Shown piece by piece: positions 1 through 12,907 of a DNA stretch of 64,000 bases. The stretch's first letter is position 1. Each line of letters opens with the position of its first letter. The notes under the pieces were generated by a model that worked only from the letters and a program-made list of their open reading frames with translations, searched no databases and was not told the DNA's origin. Both the position numbers and the translations under genes were made by a program. This stretch comes from Trichosphaerium sp. ATCC 40318. Taxonomy: Eukaryota; Protista; Tubulinea. The DNA is taken from the NCBI GenBank assembly GCA_038496445.1, contig JALMLS010000577.1:372001-436000 (forward strand), given 5' to 3'.

Positions 1-21
1 TGAATGTTGTTTTGTTGAAAG

Positions 22-359
22 CATACCTAGGACAAGCGCTTATTGATTTACATGAGAATGTCTTCATGGTTGAAGAAGCATCTGCAAAGACTAGTAAAAA
101 TGTAGACGAAGGATTACTCGCCTTTGTAGAGGAGATAATGAAGTCAAGTAAGAATGAACGTTTACTCTATCGAAATTTCTAATTAAGCAAAAAATAGTCA
201 TTGCCGACGAAGAAGAGGAAGGCGCCTTTGTTGACTTGGACGAAGACCAAGTACCGTTGTAAATACACGTTTCGGTTGTTGATATTTGACTCTTAGGGCA
301 GCGGAACGCTTGATATTGAAGATGACAGAGCAAATAAAAGCAAATCATGTAAATGTTAA
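22..359 (+). CDS. 3' end of a Rab-family small GTPase (partial, 3 exons visible)
   Basis: Spliced exons read ...VEEASAKTSKNVDEGLLAFVEEIMKS / IADEEEEGAFVDLDEDQ / GSGTLDIEDDRANKSKSCKC*. This gives a G5 SAK motif and a C-terminal CxC prenylation motif. Confidence 0.8.
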
Positions 360-917
360 AAAACCAATAATTTTATGAAGAAAAAACCTTTTCTTTTCCT
401 TCTCCTCCTTACATAGCCTTCTTATTATTTCTTAAAAACCGCTTTCATGGTGATAAAAGTGGATAGTACAAAACAAAACAACCTGGTATAGTTCCCGCAC
501 ACTATGAATACAGTCTTAACACGGTATTCATAAATCATTTGACAATGATAAATTACACATTGTCAAAGCAACAGCGAGGACAAATACCTCATCATTTTCT
601 TTACTGTTTATATACTTTAAAGGGATATCTAACTAATCTCGTAGGCTTTTACAACTCTCCTTGTAGCTGTGGATAGGCAAAAGGCCGACAGAATTTCAGT
701 GTAGTGCAGTACTTTTAGTTTGAAAAATATTTATTTTCATCCTTTATTCACAACACTCTCCTGGTAGTTTACCTTTCTTTTTTGTTTGATTAAGGCCGTT
801 AATCTCTTATCATACTTGTTGCAAAGGAAAATATGCGTATAACATGTGAATGAAACCAAGATTAGAGATAGAGTGTGCACAACAAAATATTTTCAGTTAT
901 TGGCTTTTTTTTTTCAG

Positions 918-3900
918 ACATTTCTTTCGAACGCCTTTACGGCATCTAAAGATCCTATTGGATGTGTACCAGAAAATCATCTTCAAAAGAAGGAAAATGC
1001 TTCGTCACTAGTAGTCACTAGTTCCTAACAATTTAACTTATTCTAAAAACAGTATTTCTGCGCTTGTGTGTCATATTTTTGTTTATTAGGAACTGTGTTC
1101 TAAAAATGGTAATCAACTCGATATCTAACAAAGCTAAGTGAATATCTAGATTACTATATTGACCAATTAATCGCGGTAGGAACAAGGATTGTCAATTGAC
1201 TTGATAAGCAATAATTTCGATCAGTGAAGAAGCCTCTCTTTGGGTACAACAATTCGAATATAATTGTGGTGCACAAATTACTTACCATCAACGAAAAACC
1301 GTTTCGGGGTAGTTCGTGTTTATGACGCTATTAAGCTTCCTGTCCCCTTACACTCGCTTACGACATAATATATTTTTCTCTTCACGTGTGCAGAAGTACG
1401 TACTAGCCAATCTCAACCAATAAATAAATACCCTATACTACCCCTTTCCTGTGTAGGGCAGCAGTGCTTACGAATAATAGGATACAAAGCCGCCAGAGTC
1501 CGCTACCCGCAAATCCCGCAAAAACTGTGTTATACAAGTACACACTATCTTAAGCCAACAAGATATTCAAAAAAAACCAAAAACCAACAAAGGTATCCAA
1601 CTGGTTCGATATTAATTGTTACCTTTGGTAAGTTTGCAAACTCAAATTTATCCGCTTAAGTGCGGAGAAAAAATACCAAAAAAATACAAGCTTACATTGC
1701 TTTACAGCACGTCATGACGCACCACATTTTTACGATAACCATCGTTATGTCTGGTACAATAGCCAAAACCGATTTCGTACTAAATCCTCCGAATAGCTTT
1801 ATTTATGCTCACAAACAGTCATGTACATAGTACAGAGTCAGGAGGTATGTTTTATAGCAAAAAGATCTGAAGCAAACACAAAAAAAAGCTGCACAGTATT
1901 TTCCTAAAAACAGTTTTTTCTATTGCCGTGCTGTATTGCTCACGCGTGAGGATTCATTGTAAGGTGGTAACAAAATAATAGGTTTCGATTGTGCGAATGT
2001 AATACACACGTACACGACAACAATATACCCCGAGCTACCACCATCAGCAATGAAAAGAGACATGTCCAAGAGGTACAAAGAAATAACAGAAAAGTCTGAA
2101 GTATTTTCCGAAAATGGAAATACGCCTTTTTTACTAAGTTCAACTAACACGTTATCTAGGTCAGCTTCATCGTGTGTTAACTTTAACTTTATTTTTGGGA
2201 GTGTAATATCAGAGGTACCGAAAAGAGGAAAAAACAACGCAAAAAGTCATCTAAGTGCTTTCTTTAGCCTGGTAATGCCGACTGGTTACAAACTATTCAA
2301 TTGGCTGGAGATATATGGGTACGCTAGACGTTTTATTTCCTAATACCTAATTTAGACTTTCCTTTACTGCTCAGCTGCATTCTCACTTTTTTTAGTCGTC
2401 GGTGCTACAAAACGATATAACAGTTGATTTTGCTTTTGAAATTGGCACACTAAATGGAGGCACTATCGCATCAGCATCAACTGGACTCAGTGCTACTGTT
2501 AACAACGCTGGCGCAATATTGTACGCCGATCTATTTGAAAAACAAAAAAAAAAAGAGTTGCAAACAATTCCAACCTGTTAAACATGGGATCCTCTAACGT
2601 TTACTTAACAGAGCAGCACTTAACGATAATTATCCTGGAACATACCCTTCAACAGTTTTGGGAATGAACTCTAATTTCCCAACAGTACGTACCTCCTGTT
2701 ACTCTGGTTCAATTTTTTTTTTTCTATTTTCTTGGATAACATTCCATTCAGGGTTTTTCGTATCAGCAAGAAGTTATTTTCTTTACAGAAGCGAACGGTA
2801 AAGCATTGATAGATGGCTTCTCACTAGCTGCCGACGATACTTCAATCATTTTTAATTCAGCATTTAATTTCGATGTTGATCTTACAGATGGTTTGGATAA
2901 TGTACGTTGAACTTGGCAAGTTTAGTTTTTTTTTTGGACCCAACGTCGACGTCTCGGAAACTGTCTTTATCTCGCCACACAATGTGAATATGGAAAACCT
3001 CTTGAGAAACGTAGTATTACAATATTTTGTTTGTGTACAAAAACAGTTTTAGTGGAGGGAAACAGACTTGGTTTTTTTTTTAAAGAGAGAAAATTTAAAG
3101 AACTTTTTTGTAATGTTCCTGTAGGGTAAGACAAACTTATTGGGTGTTGTATTACATGAGATGGGTCACGCTCTAGGTTACGTTTCGCAGGTGGAAAAAA
3201 GTACGTTTTACAACAACAACAAAAAGTGTTTACTTGAAGAAGATCCTTACGTTTGATTAGTCGACTTTGAAATGAACAGAAATAATCCAGTAACAATAAT
3301 AATGGCTGTACAAGATATGTTTAGAGTAGATGCCACTTCTAGTGGTGACACTTTTGAATTAGCAGACAGACAATATACTCCAGGTATTTGATTTTTCTTG
3401 TTAAAAAAACGTGTTAAAGAAAACTTCAGTTACCTCTTGTCTAAACCGTTTCTTTCAGGTCAAACTGCATTTTTTTATGCTCCTGATGGATTAACGACTA
3501 GTACGTTTTCTACTGGAACCACACAAGGAGATGGAAGGCAGGCTCCACATTGGAAAGTACGAAGACAAACCAAAAACAATTGTAGAGTTTTACTTGTCTT
3601 AACTCTACCGTTTAGGATAGCTTAAATATTGGTATCATGGACCCTACTTTTGCAGTCGGTGAAATATCTGGTATATCAGAAGCTGATTTAACAGGCATGA
3701 GAGCTTTTGGATACAACGTGAACAGTACGTAATGAAAAAACAACAGCAAAAAAAAAACTAAGCATTAAAAATAGTGAGCTCAGTCAAACCTTTTATTGTG
3801 CACTTATCAGCAACTTCTGGTACTGGTGGAGATGTTTTTACTATCCTTGGATTCTTCTTCTATGGTACAGTAATGTGTAACTTCGGCCAAGCGGGCATGA

Positions 3901-4980
3901 CAGCTGCAGTAAAGTTACCTAATCATGGTGAAATTGTACGTCAACAAAGTAGTCTATTCCTTCGGCTGACTTAAATTTTAGAGATGTACTGTGCCAAGTT
4001 CTTCATACAGTACAACCACAATGACAGTTATAGGCAATGCCGAATCTGATCCTGTAGATTTTGCACTAACTGCAGACATCCTTACGCCTCCTCCTACAAC
4101 GCTTCCACCAACTACACTGCCTCCTACTACGCTTCCACCTACCACACTACCACCAACAACGTTACCTCCAACAACACTTCCGCCTACAACGCTTCCACCA
4201 ACTACTTTACCTCCTACTACGCTTCCACCTACCACACTACCACCAACTACGTTACCTCCAACAACACTTCCGCCTACAACACTTCCACCAACAACGCTGC
4301 CTCCAACTACGCTACCACCAACCACACTTCCACCAACTACGTTACCTCCAACAACACTTCCACCTACAACGCTTCCACCAACTACTTTACCTCCAACTAC
4401 ACTTCCTCCAACTACGCTTCCTCCTACAACATTACCACCAACAACGTTACCTCCAACAACACTTCCTCCAACAACACTTCCACCAACTACGTTACCTCCA
4501 ACAACACTTCCTCCAACAACACTTCCACCAACAACGCTGCCTCCAACTACGCTACCACCAACCACACTTCCACCAACTACGTTACCTCCAACTACACTTC
4601 CACCCACAACGCTGCCACCATCAACGCAACCACCTACAACCGTACCTCCAACAACCCCGCCTCCAATGACTGTTGCACCAACTACTATGCCTCCAACTCG
4701 AGGTCCTACAGCTCCTACAGCTCCAGTTATACCAACAACAGTGGCACCAACAACACTACCTCCAACTCAGCCTACAGCTCCAATTGTACCAACACAAGCA
4801 CCAACAGCTACACCTACGGCACCTATTGCGCCTACTACTGTGTCCCCAACTTCCGTGATATCTACAGAACCAGGACAACCTATTGCGCCTACTGATTCCC
4901 CGAAACAAACATCGGCTGGCGTGTCTTTACACAGCATTGTAACATGCTTTCTAGTATTGTTTGCAATTTTGCTATTGTAG
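918..4980 (+). CDS. Multi-exon surface glycoprotein with (PPTTL)35 mucin-like stalk and hydrophobic GPI-type C-terminus; 5' start uncertain
   Basis: In-frame GT-AG exons can be chained from about 1980 (FDCANVIHT..., PGNADWLQ..., SSVLQNDITVDFAFE...) into the last exon (ORF 3991-4980), which ends SLHSIVTCFLVLFAILLL. Confidence 0.7.
4090..4614 (+). repeat. Coding 15-bp tandem repeat, 35 units of PPTTL
   Basis: 525 bp = 35 x 15 bp. The protein unit is invariant while codons vary; a codon-variant block recurs at about 90 bp (4120 and 4210). Confidence 0.95.
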
Positions 4981-5065
4981 GTTTTCATTGTAAAAAGAAA
5001 ATAAAACAAACTTACTAGCTCCCACGCTGTATGTTGAACATAAAATTTATTCATCCATATCGTAG

Positions 5066-5415
5066 GCAACTATTACACTGTTTATACTAACACCACAACA
5101 CCTACAATAGTACCGACCACAACTGCACCACCTACTACTGAGGTGTCTACAGAACCACTTACAACAACGTCTCTTACAACCGTAGCTCCCACTACAAAAC
5201 CTCCAACAACGCTTTTCCAACATTGCCCACCACGACTGCTCCACTACCTTCAATAAGTGTGGCTTCTTCACTACACCAACTATAGCACCAACTATTCCGC
5301 CTACTCCAACACTTCCCAACCGAACAGCACTTCACCAACGAATCCTGTAGGCCTTCACGAGGGGAGAGTGTATACACAGTGACGCTTTTGTTAGTATTTT
5401 AGCACTTGCTTGTAG
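5066..5415 (+). pseudogene. Degenerate duplicate of a Pro/Thr stalk plus GPI-signal terminal exon
   Basis: Reads TTTPTIVPTTTAPPTTEVSTEP..., then frameshifts near 5213. The tail (tacacagtgacgcttttgttagtattttagcacttgcttgtag) resembles the end of the upstream gene. Confidence 0.55.
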
Positions 5416-5874
5416 TTTATACAAAAGGATTACTAATAGAACCGGTAAAATAGATGGAGTAAATCTAAACTATCCTAATCACTTGTTTATCACCGTGTAT
5501 GACATTTGATCTTACATTATACTGGCGCTAGTACACGACAATGATCGTTGTTTCTGGTTCACACATTGCGACACGTTATAAGTCGAATTTTTTTAACAAT
5601 AGTGTTTCTATTGCAGTAAAGAACTGCAATTTCGATGCACAGGTATTTTATTTTTAAACTACAATGTTACTACCAAAAGCGTATGAACACATTCACTGTC
5701 GGAGAGCGGTGGAACCTTTTCCGACACAACTGATGCTTTACTTGAAACAGTGCACGTGATCTAACATCAACAAAAAAAAAAGAGAGAAATTAGGAAAGTT
5801 TTCACGTGAAATTCAAAAAAGCTTCAAACTCAACAACCTCTCACTGGATCTAAATATTACAATAACCAAAATAC

Positions 5875-7208
5875 ATGTGGAATGCAGCAAATCGTACGGG
5901 TTTAATAGCACGTTTAGAAATCTTAAAAACACGTGATAGCAAACGCGCCGTCTAATAAGAAAAAAAAGTCAAAAAAATCATGTAAAGATAAAGAAACAAC
6001 ATCTTTAGCACGCTCCCGCAATTCGTACGAAATATCTTCGCGTAGTTATAACTAACCGTTCGTCATATACTCAGTTATGACATTAAAAATAGCCCTTCAC
6101 CACTTCATACTGCTCTTGGGACAAGTACGGTGACAGATTATTTAGCTCTTATTTTGCTTATTTGAAAACCGGCAGGTAATTTAAACGACGCGTGGCAAAT
6201 ACTTAACAACGGCACATCTGCTGAGTCTGTGATTGATTCAAAGACTGGTGATAATGAAATGCACCTTCTATTGCGTATATGCAGCTCTTCTGGTATCATA
6301 TGGGATATTTTCCAGTTACTTATGGCTCAGGGTAAAACGTTTTTCGAAAAGGTTTTGTTGTACTAGCGTTATTGACAAGTTGTGTTACAAAAGGGGTCAA
6401 CCATAGCCTTGAGAACAACGCTGGACAGACGCCATTATTGATATGCTTATACAATAGAGACTATGTACGATTTAAGTGGTTGATACGAGTAGGAGCTCAA
6501 TATGAACAGCAGAACAAGTAAGCGATGGTTTTTTTTAACTTCCACTAATGAAATGTTTGATAGAAAAGGCGTGTCAGCTCTAAAATATATTCTGATGAAG
6601 GGAGACAGCCAAGCCCTTGCTGAACTACCTACAGGTACGTTATAATAGTATGCTTTTAAGGTGTTAACTGTATAAGAAAAGGGTACACCAGTTACCTATC
6701 AGAGTCCGAAATATATGAACTTGCAACAACAGCAATCATGCATGGTACTATTAACAACACATTAAAATCACGTGATTTAGACTAATTCATTTTAGGCCAT
6801 GATAATATGATAAAATATGCGTTTACAGTTCTTGGTATTGATATTAACAATAACGAATTTGGGCATACTCTTATCGAACATGCTGCACTTCTCTTGGCCA
6901 AACACAAAAAAAATCAAGATTCACTTTTGGAAACACTCAAAGTTCTTACTGCCCACAAACGTTTGAATTGCGCTGGTGTAGGGAATTCTATAAGTATTTT
7001 GGCTAGATATAAACCTTCTACTGACCCTCAAAGAAGAGCGATGGTCCATCTTTTCAAAGCTTTATTCAGAGGTAAGTCTTGTTTTTTTTCAAGCTTGCTT
7101 TGCACTTACTTCTCCTCAAAAGTTTGTCCTGGGGTGTTTCGTGTCTCAAAAAGGAAGCGAAGGATGGACGACTCGGTAATATTATCTTACGGCTATACCC
7201 TTTTTTAA
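5875..7208 (+). CDS. Ankyrin-repeat protein, short tandem paralog of the downstream gene
   Basis: Exons GNLNDAWQILNNG...TGDNEMHLLLRICSSSG and LENNAGQTPLLICL; exon order matches the N-terminal half of the 7683-10904 gene. Confidence 0.7.
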
Positions 7209-7682
7209 TACATGAAACTAGGACACGAATTTTGAAATAGCACTACAATGCCGAAAGGATATGGGATACGCACTATAGATTTTTTTTCGATAACTTTTTT
7301 TTCAACAAGCCTTAGAACTATGTGCGTTATTAATAAATACAAACTTTGCAGTAAAAGTATCTTCATCAAAGGTTTTAAGGCAAAAGTCCAATCGCCCAAA
7401 GTTCGCTAGCTAACATTCTTGCTTTACACTTTCAGAAAATCAGCTAAAATGATTACGTTCTTTCGTCGCGTTGGAAGTCACCATGCCCGTTCGATTGAGC
7501 AATCGTTGTAACACTTAAAGTTCACGTGTAACCAACCTTAACACTTGTGATTTCAGCGAATAGCCAACTAGCGTAATAACAAAAGTAGTGATCTGCGATC
7601 GCTAGAGGAAAAAAAAAGAATCAATGAACCTACTCGCATAAACGTACAACGTGTATAGCGAAGAAACACCAGCGAATTTGTT

Positions 7683-10600
7683 ATGGACACAAAAAAACAA
7701 GTCACTCGATGGAATGCAGCTAAACGTGCGTCTAATTAAAAATCACGTGTTTTGAAGCGTTTTTTGTTGACAACAGCTTCAGAACATTCGAAAAACGAAC
7801 AAAACTCAGCAAAAAGACGACCGATTTACCTTGCAAGAACCCGTATAGAGTAAGGGGCATTATGATTTACCGAAATTTACCTCTATTTTCTAGCCAAAAT
7901 CACGCTAAAGGCCCTACTGATCTTCACGACGCGTTACGTAAAGGTACAAAACAGAAAAAGTACAATTCGTGGCAATAATCAAAAAAAACCCAGGAGATTT
8001 GGACCAATCTTGGCAGCTTATAAACAATGGCATAATCACGTGCGTTGTAGACCCAAGCACGGGTAATAATGAACTACACCTTTTACTGCGAAGCGCATCT
8101 ACAAGTGGTGTTATATGGACGTTATTCCAACAGCTATTGGGACACGGTAGTACAAACATTAAAAAATATTTCACAATTTCGTATTTGCTAATGATTATTT
8201 TACAGGCGTCGATCACAGCTTGGAGAACAATGATGGAGATACTCCCGTACATTTATGTCTATATAATCAAGATTATGTGCATTTAAGGTGGTTGCTAAAG
8301 GCTGGAGCGAATTATCTTGCGGACAACAAGTGCGAGAAGCAATTACATAAACAACGCAAATAATTTTTTTCAAAAAGGCATGGTATGTCCCCTTACAAAT
8401 ATATCATAATGACTGGCGACTGTCAAGCGCTAAGAGAGCTTCCTAAAGGTGAGATAAATAATATTTACCGAATAAGGAACTAATAAGAATACAGAACACG
8501 TGGAAAAGATTTCACCGCGGAAAAGCTTAGCATAGCGAAAACAGCTGTTGAAAAAGGTTTTTGTGTTGGAAGCGTGACGTATTCTAAAACTCTTCGTGTA
8601 GGTCAAGCAAATATTCTTCAATACGCTTTTGAGGTTCTTAGAGTTGATGTTAATGATAAAATCGGTGATATATCTTTTTTGGATAAAGCTGTAAAGGTGT
8701 TATTAGAAACAAAGTCAATTCAAGATGAAATTCTCAAAGTGTTGATAATCATTGCGGCAAATATGAATCAAAATACGTCTAGGGAAAATGCTGCATTGTC
8801 GATGGTGAAATATAAACCACGTAGTCCTTCTCAGAAGATAGCTTTTACAACTGTATTCGATATGCTCCTTGCTGGTACCCTTTTTTTTTGCAGACTAGTA
8901 CCAAAACCTTAAATTTAAATTTTTTTGTTTGGACGTGTGATAAGATACAGACAACACAAATTTTTTTCTGTACAGTTTTCACAAGTGAGCAATATCCCTG
9001 AATATCAACTACAGCTTTATTTTTTTTCTTTCCACAAACTAGTACGAGCTATTGCTTGTACTCTTTTTTTTTTTTTTTTTCGAAACAAGAAAGAAATGTC
9101 GGTTTAACTTTATGTGCCAGGAACCTCAGATGTTATTGTTAAAGATTCTAAAGAGACTTTATTACATATCGCTGTATTGTTTAGTAATGTATTTGTTGTC
9201 AAATATTTACTTGATAAAGGACTAGACATTTCAGAACAAACAAAGTAAGCTACTCTCCAACACAACAAAAAACTAATTTTTTGCTTTAGAACAAACGAAA
9301 CAGCTCTGCACTATGTACAATCAAAAAGACTCCAAGCACCGCATCTAATAAGTCGTTTACCTCTAGGCTGCGAAGAGAGGCTCAAACAGTATTCTTAAAG
9401 TCTTACTAAACCATGTCAAAAAGAACAATATGGGATACCTCATTACTGATCAAGTTCGTCATTACAACTTTTTTCTTCCTCGCTTCTTGTTAACAAATAT
9501 TCAAGGGTCCAAATGGCACACCTCTAAGTATAGCTAAAAAAGAGAAGAATTTGAAAATGGTTGCACTACTACAGAAGCGGATGCCTAAAAAAATTCAATT
9601 CGATTCTCCTCTACCAACAGAACTTTGGGTTTCTGTACTATCTTTTTTCACATTATCTTCAGATCTTCTCGCTGTAGCTTGGACTTGTAGAACTTTTGCA
9701 TTATTAAGTGGTGGAAGAGTATCTACTATACGCGATCCACACGTTTTTAGGAGTACAAGTCATTGGCTTGACCCTGCTAAGAAGCAGCTTATAAATTTGG
9801 GTACGAAAGAAAAATCCGTTTTCAAGTTTACGCTTTTTTATGAGTTCCTGTCACGTGATATGATTAAACACGTGACAAATGGATTTTTTGGCCTGTTGAT
9901 GGTTCTTTTATTAATGGCATTATTCATTTAGAACGAAGACAAAAGAGGAAAACGCGAATGCTTGGTTCGTTTAGAAGTTCAATAAGAAGAAAATCACCGA
10001 AGCTGAGACGCACTATTTTGTCTAAATCAGAACCACGAATGATGCTGAAAGAAAACGTTCTAAACGCTCCTCTGAAAGTAGTATTATATGGAGAAACTGA
10101 CACAGGTACTAGACAATCCTCGCTGGTATAATTCTAAAACAACTTTTCCTCGCAGGCAAGACTCAACTAATTACGAGATTCTGTGATGGCATCTACAGTG
10201 ATATTTGTGGATCACCTTTCCAAGACTATGTACGCTACTTATGTTCTCATAACCAAGATTACACCATCCTCACAATTATATCTTTAGAAACCACGTGTTG
10301 TTTCCGTTGGAGAGAAGAGATTCATGCTTCACGTGGTACAAACTCATTGTTTAGAAAATCCAGTCATTTTTTGGATACTTTCTCCTTTTAATGTTGAATT
10401 TATTTAGTATGAGTCCGATACACGTCTTAATGGCAGATCAACAGAGAATAAACATAATGCAAATATAAGTGTCATTTGCTGTGATGTTAGTAAAAATTGG
10501 GGTAAGGAAGAAAACCCAATTTAGCGCTACTAACTTTGTTTTTTTACAGTTCAGAATAACGTACCAAAATGGTTACGTGAAGTTGGTTCAAGAGATACTG

Positions 10601-10904
10601 TAGTTGCACTTGCTTTATTGAAATGTGATATCACGGAAAGAAAAGTATCTAATGAGGATATTCAGGTAAACATAAGACTTTTAAAAAAACCGTTTCAACC
10701 ACGTGAATACATGAAAGAAAGAAGCGAAGTGAAATTTACTTTTTTTGTTAGGCTTTTTGTAGAAGCAACCCAAGCATTATAGCCGTTGAAGTAAGCGCTA
10801 AAAAAGATATGAATGTAGATAAGCTATTCACAGTAGCTGTCCGAGAAATTCAGAATAGGATAAAACCAAGTATTCGTAGAGTCTCATCATTAATGTCGAT
10901 GTAA
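7683..10904 (+). CDS. Ankyrin repeats + F-box + C-terminal Ras/Rab-like GTPase domain
   Basis: Ankyrin motifs (KETLLHIAV, NETALHY/AAKRG, GTPLSIA), F-box PLPTELWVSVLSFF (about 9608), then PLKVVLYGETDTGKTQLITRF (G1), LLKCD (G4) and EVSAK (G5). Stop at 10902-10904. Confidence 0.75.
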
Positions 10905-11031
10905 CCTAAATAACAAAAGAAAAAAAAAACAGTTGTGTTTGCATGAAAACTACTTTATTATAAAATAACCTTGTGTTCAATACGTGATACAATTACGTTG
11001 TGTATGACCTATACACCTTCAGAAAAAAAAA

Positions 11032-12290
11032 TTAGAGATCAAACAAGTCATGACCCGCTAAAAGTTTAGGTATCTCACTTTTTTGCACATAATCACCATT
11101 TGCCTTCCGTAATGGAAATGTCATTGCTTGGCGTTTTCCATTGATATAAAAATTCTCCACAAGCAATTGGCCATTGTCATACCATCTCTTGTACTGTCCT
11201 TCACGTATTCCATTGAAATAGTAGCTCTCTTCAAACAATTGACCATTGTTATGCCACTTCTTGTACTGCCCTTCAAGTAATCCACAGACATAATGTCTCT
11301 CTTCCCACAGCTGACCGCTACTGTACCATTTCCTTGCAACGCCTACATGTTTACCATTCTCGAATATATCATCTTCGTGCATTTGGCCGTCATAAGTACA
11401 CTCTCTTTCTAATCTTCCGTTGCGATGCCATTGCTTATAAGCTCCTTTAAGTTCATCGTCAACATAGTAAGATTGTGCCCTTAAGTGGCCATTATCCCAC
11501 CACTCTTTGTACTCTCCAATGCGTTTGCTATAGATTTTAAAAGAGCAGTTGGAGCTATAAATGAAATCAAAAGGCGTGATCAATCTACGTCTAGTATTAC
11601 TTTTGATCTCGGTTGTGAGAGGGGTGTAATAGCAAGATATTCTCATTTGGCCGTTTCTGTGCCACCACTTAAACGCTCCTTCTACAGAGCCTTTGGCGTA
11701 GTAGCACTGTATCGCCATCTGGCCTGTTTCAAACCATACATTGACTTCTCCTTCTTTAACACCGTTGACAAACTTAACTTTGTACATTAATTGTCCGTTG
11801 TCATGCCATTGTAGCCACACTCCATCTTCCTTACCATTGACAGTGCTACCTTTTAGGAACAGTTTGCCGTTGTCATACCAAGACTTGAACTCTCCATGAC
11901 GCTGACCATGATTCCAACATTCTTGGCATACAACCTGAGTACCTGCGGTTCTTATTTGGTGATCACTCACTTCTATTTCTGCTGATCCGTTGATGGTATC
12001 TCGTTCATAAACAGTTCTGTGTTTCAACCATTTTCCGTGCTTGTTCAAGTCATTATCGAATCTTGTGGTAGTTGCTGTAAACTTTGATAATAGAGACCAT
12101 TTTGAATACACTTCTGGATCAAGGTCGATAATATCAAGTTGTAATTCAAGTGGAAGATTGAGTAATCTGTTCATAGGCTCTTCTGTGTTATCGCTCTTTA
12201 TCTAATACGCTTGCATTAGAAATAAGCAACACCACAATGATATCGATTGTTTACCTTTTTCTCAGGTGATGGCTTCATTGGTACGTTCAT
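11032..12290 (-). CDS. F-box-like + MORN-variant (MORN_2/YwqK-like) repeat protein, copy A
   Basis: ORF 11032-12174 has LLNLPLELQLDII followed by many G.YK.W..NGQL repeats. A probable short first exon MNVPMKPSPEKK (12290-12255) precedes intron 12254-12202. Confidence 0.9.
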
Positions 12291-12907
12291 ATGCGTTGCT
12301 TAAGGTGCGTTGCTTGTTTATTCTAAAAATAATATTTCTATCTTCAATCAATGCAGATTGAAAACAATTTTAGGAATGAAAAAATACGAAACAAGCAAGA
12401 ACCAACACACAAAAGTAACACATCGGTGCACGACCGACCGTGTGCCCCAGAAATTACGGCTATAGCTGTACTAAACTACCACTTCATCAATGCGTTATGA
12501 TTATGAACATTACTCAACTAACAACTCAGGTACACCTTTGCCATTTTTTTGTGTTTCCTAACAACGTTCGCAAAGCGTTTCAACAAAATAGCAACGTGGC
12601 TATTCAAGACTCATACTACCACCTAAATACATTATAGCTGTAAAGCAGAACAAAAACTAAAACGGAAAGAAAGCACAAACAAAATAAAACAGCACCTTTT
12701 ATCACGTGATTTTTTTGTAGTTATCACGTGCGGTTGATATAAAATCGGGTTGCATAATAACACTCCGAGTGTAGTCAAAGGAACACTCACAATGTAGTCA
12801 ATCAATTTCGACCTCACATAAAAAAGAAGAACGCAGCAAAGCTTGAGTGCTAAAAAAGCGGGGTACAAAGGACCGAGCAGTTACACGTCTCCGTTTATAA
12901 TTACAGC

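Noticed and set aside
3978-4607. 209-aa (GGSVV)n ORF on the minus strand
   Set aside because: Antisense shadow of the PPTTL repeat; the plus frame is the invariant one and is spliced into a gene.
4090-4614. CRISPR-like array
   Set aside because: Contiguous coding 15-mers with no unique spacers and no cas genes.
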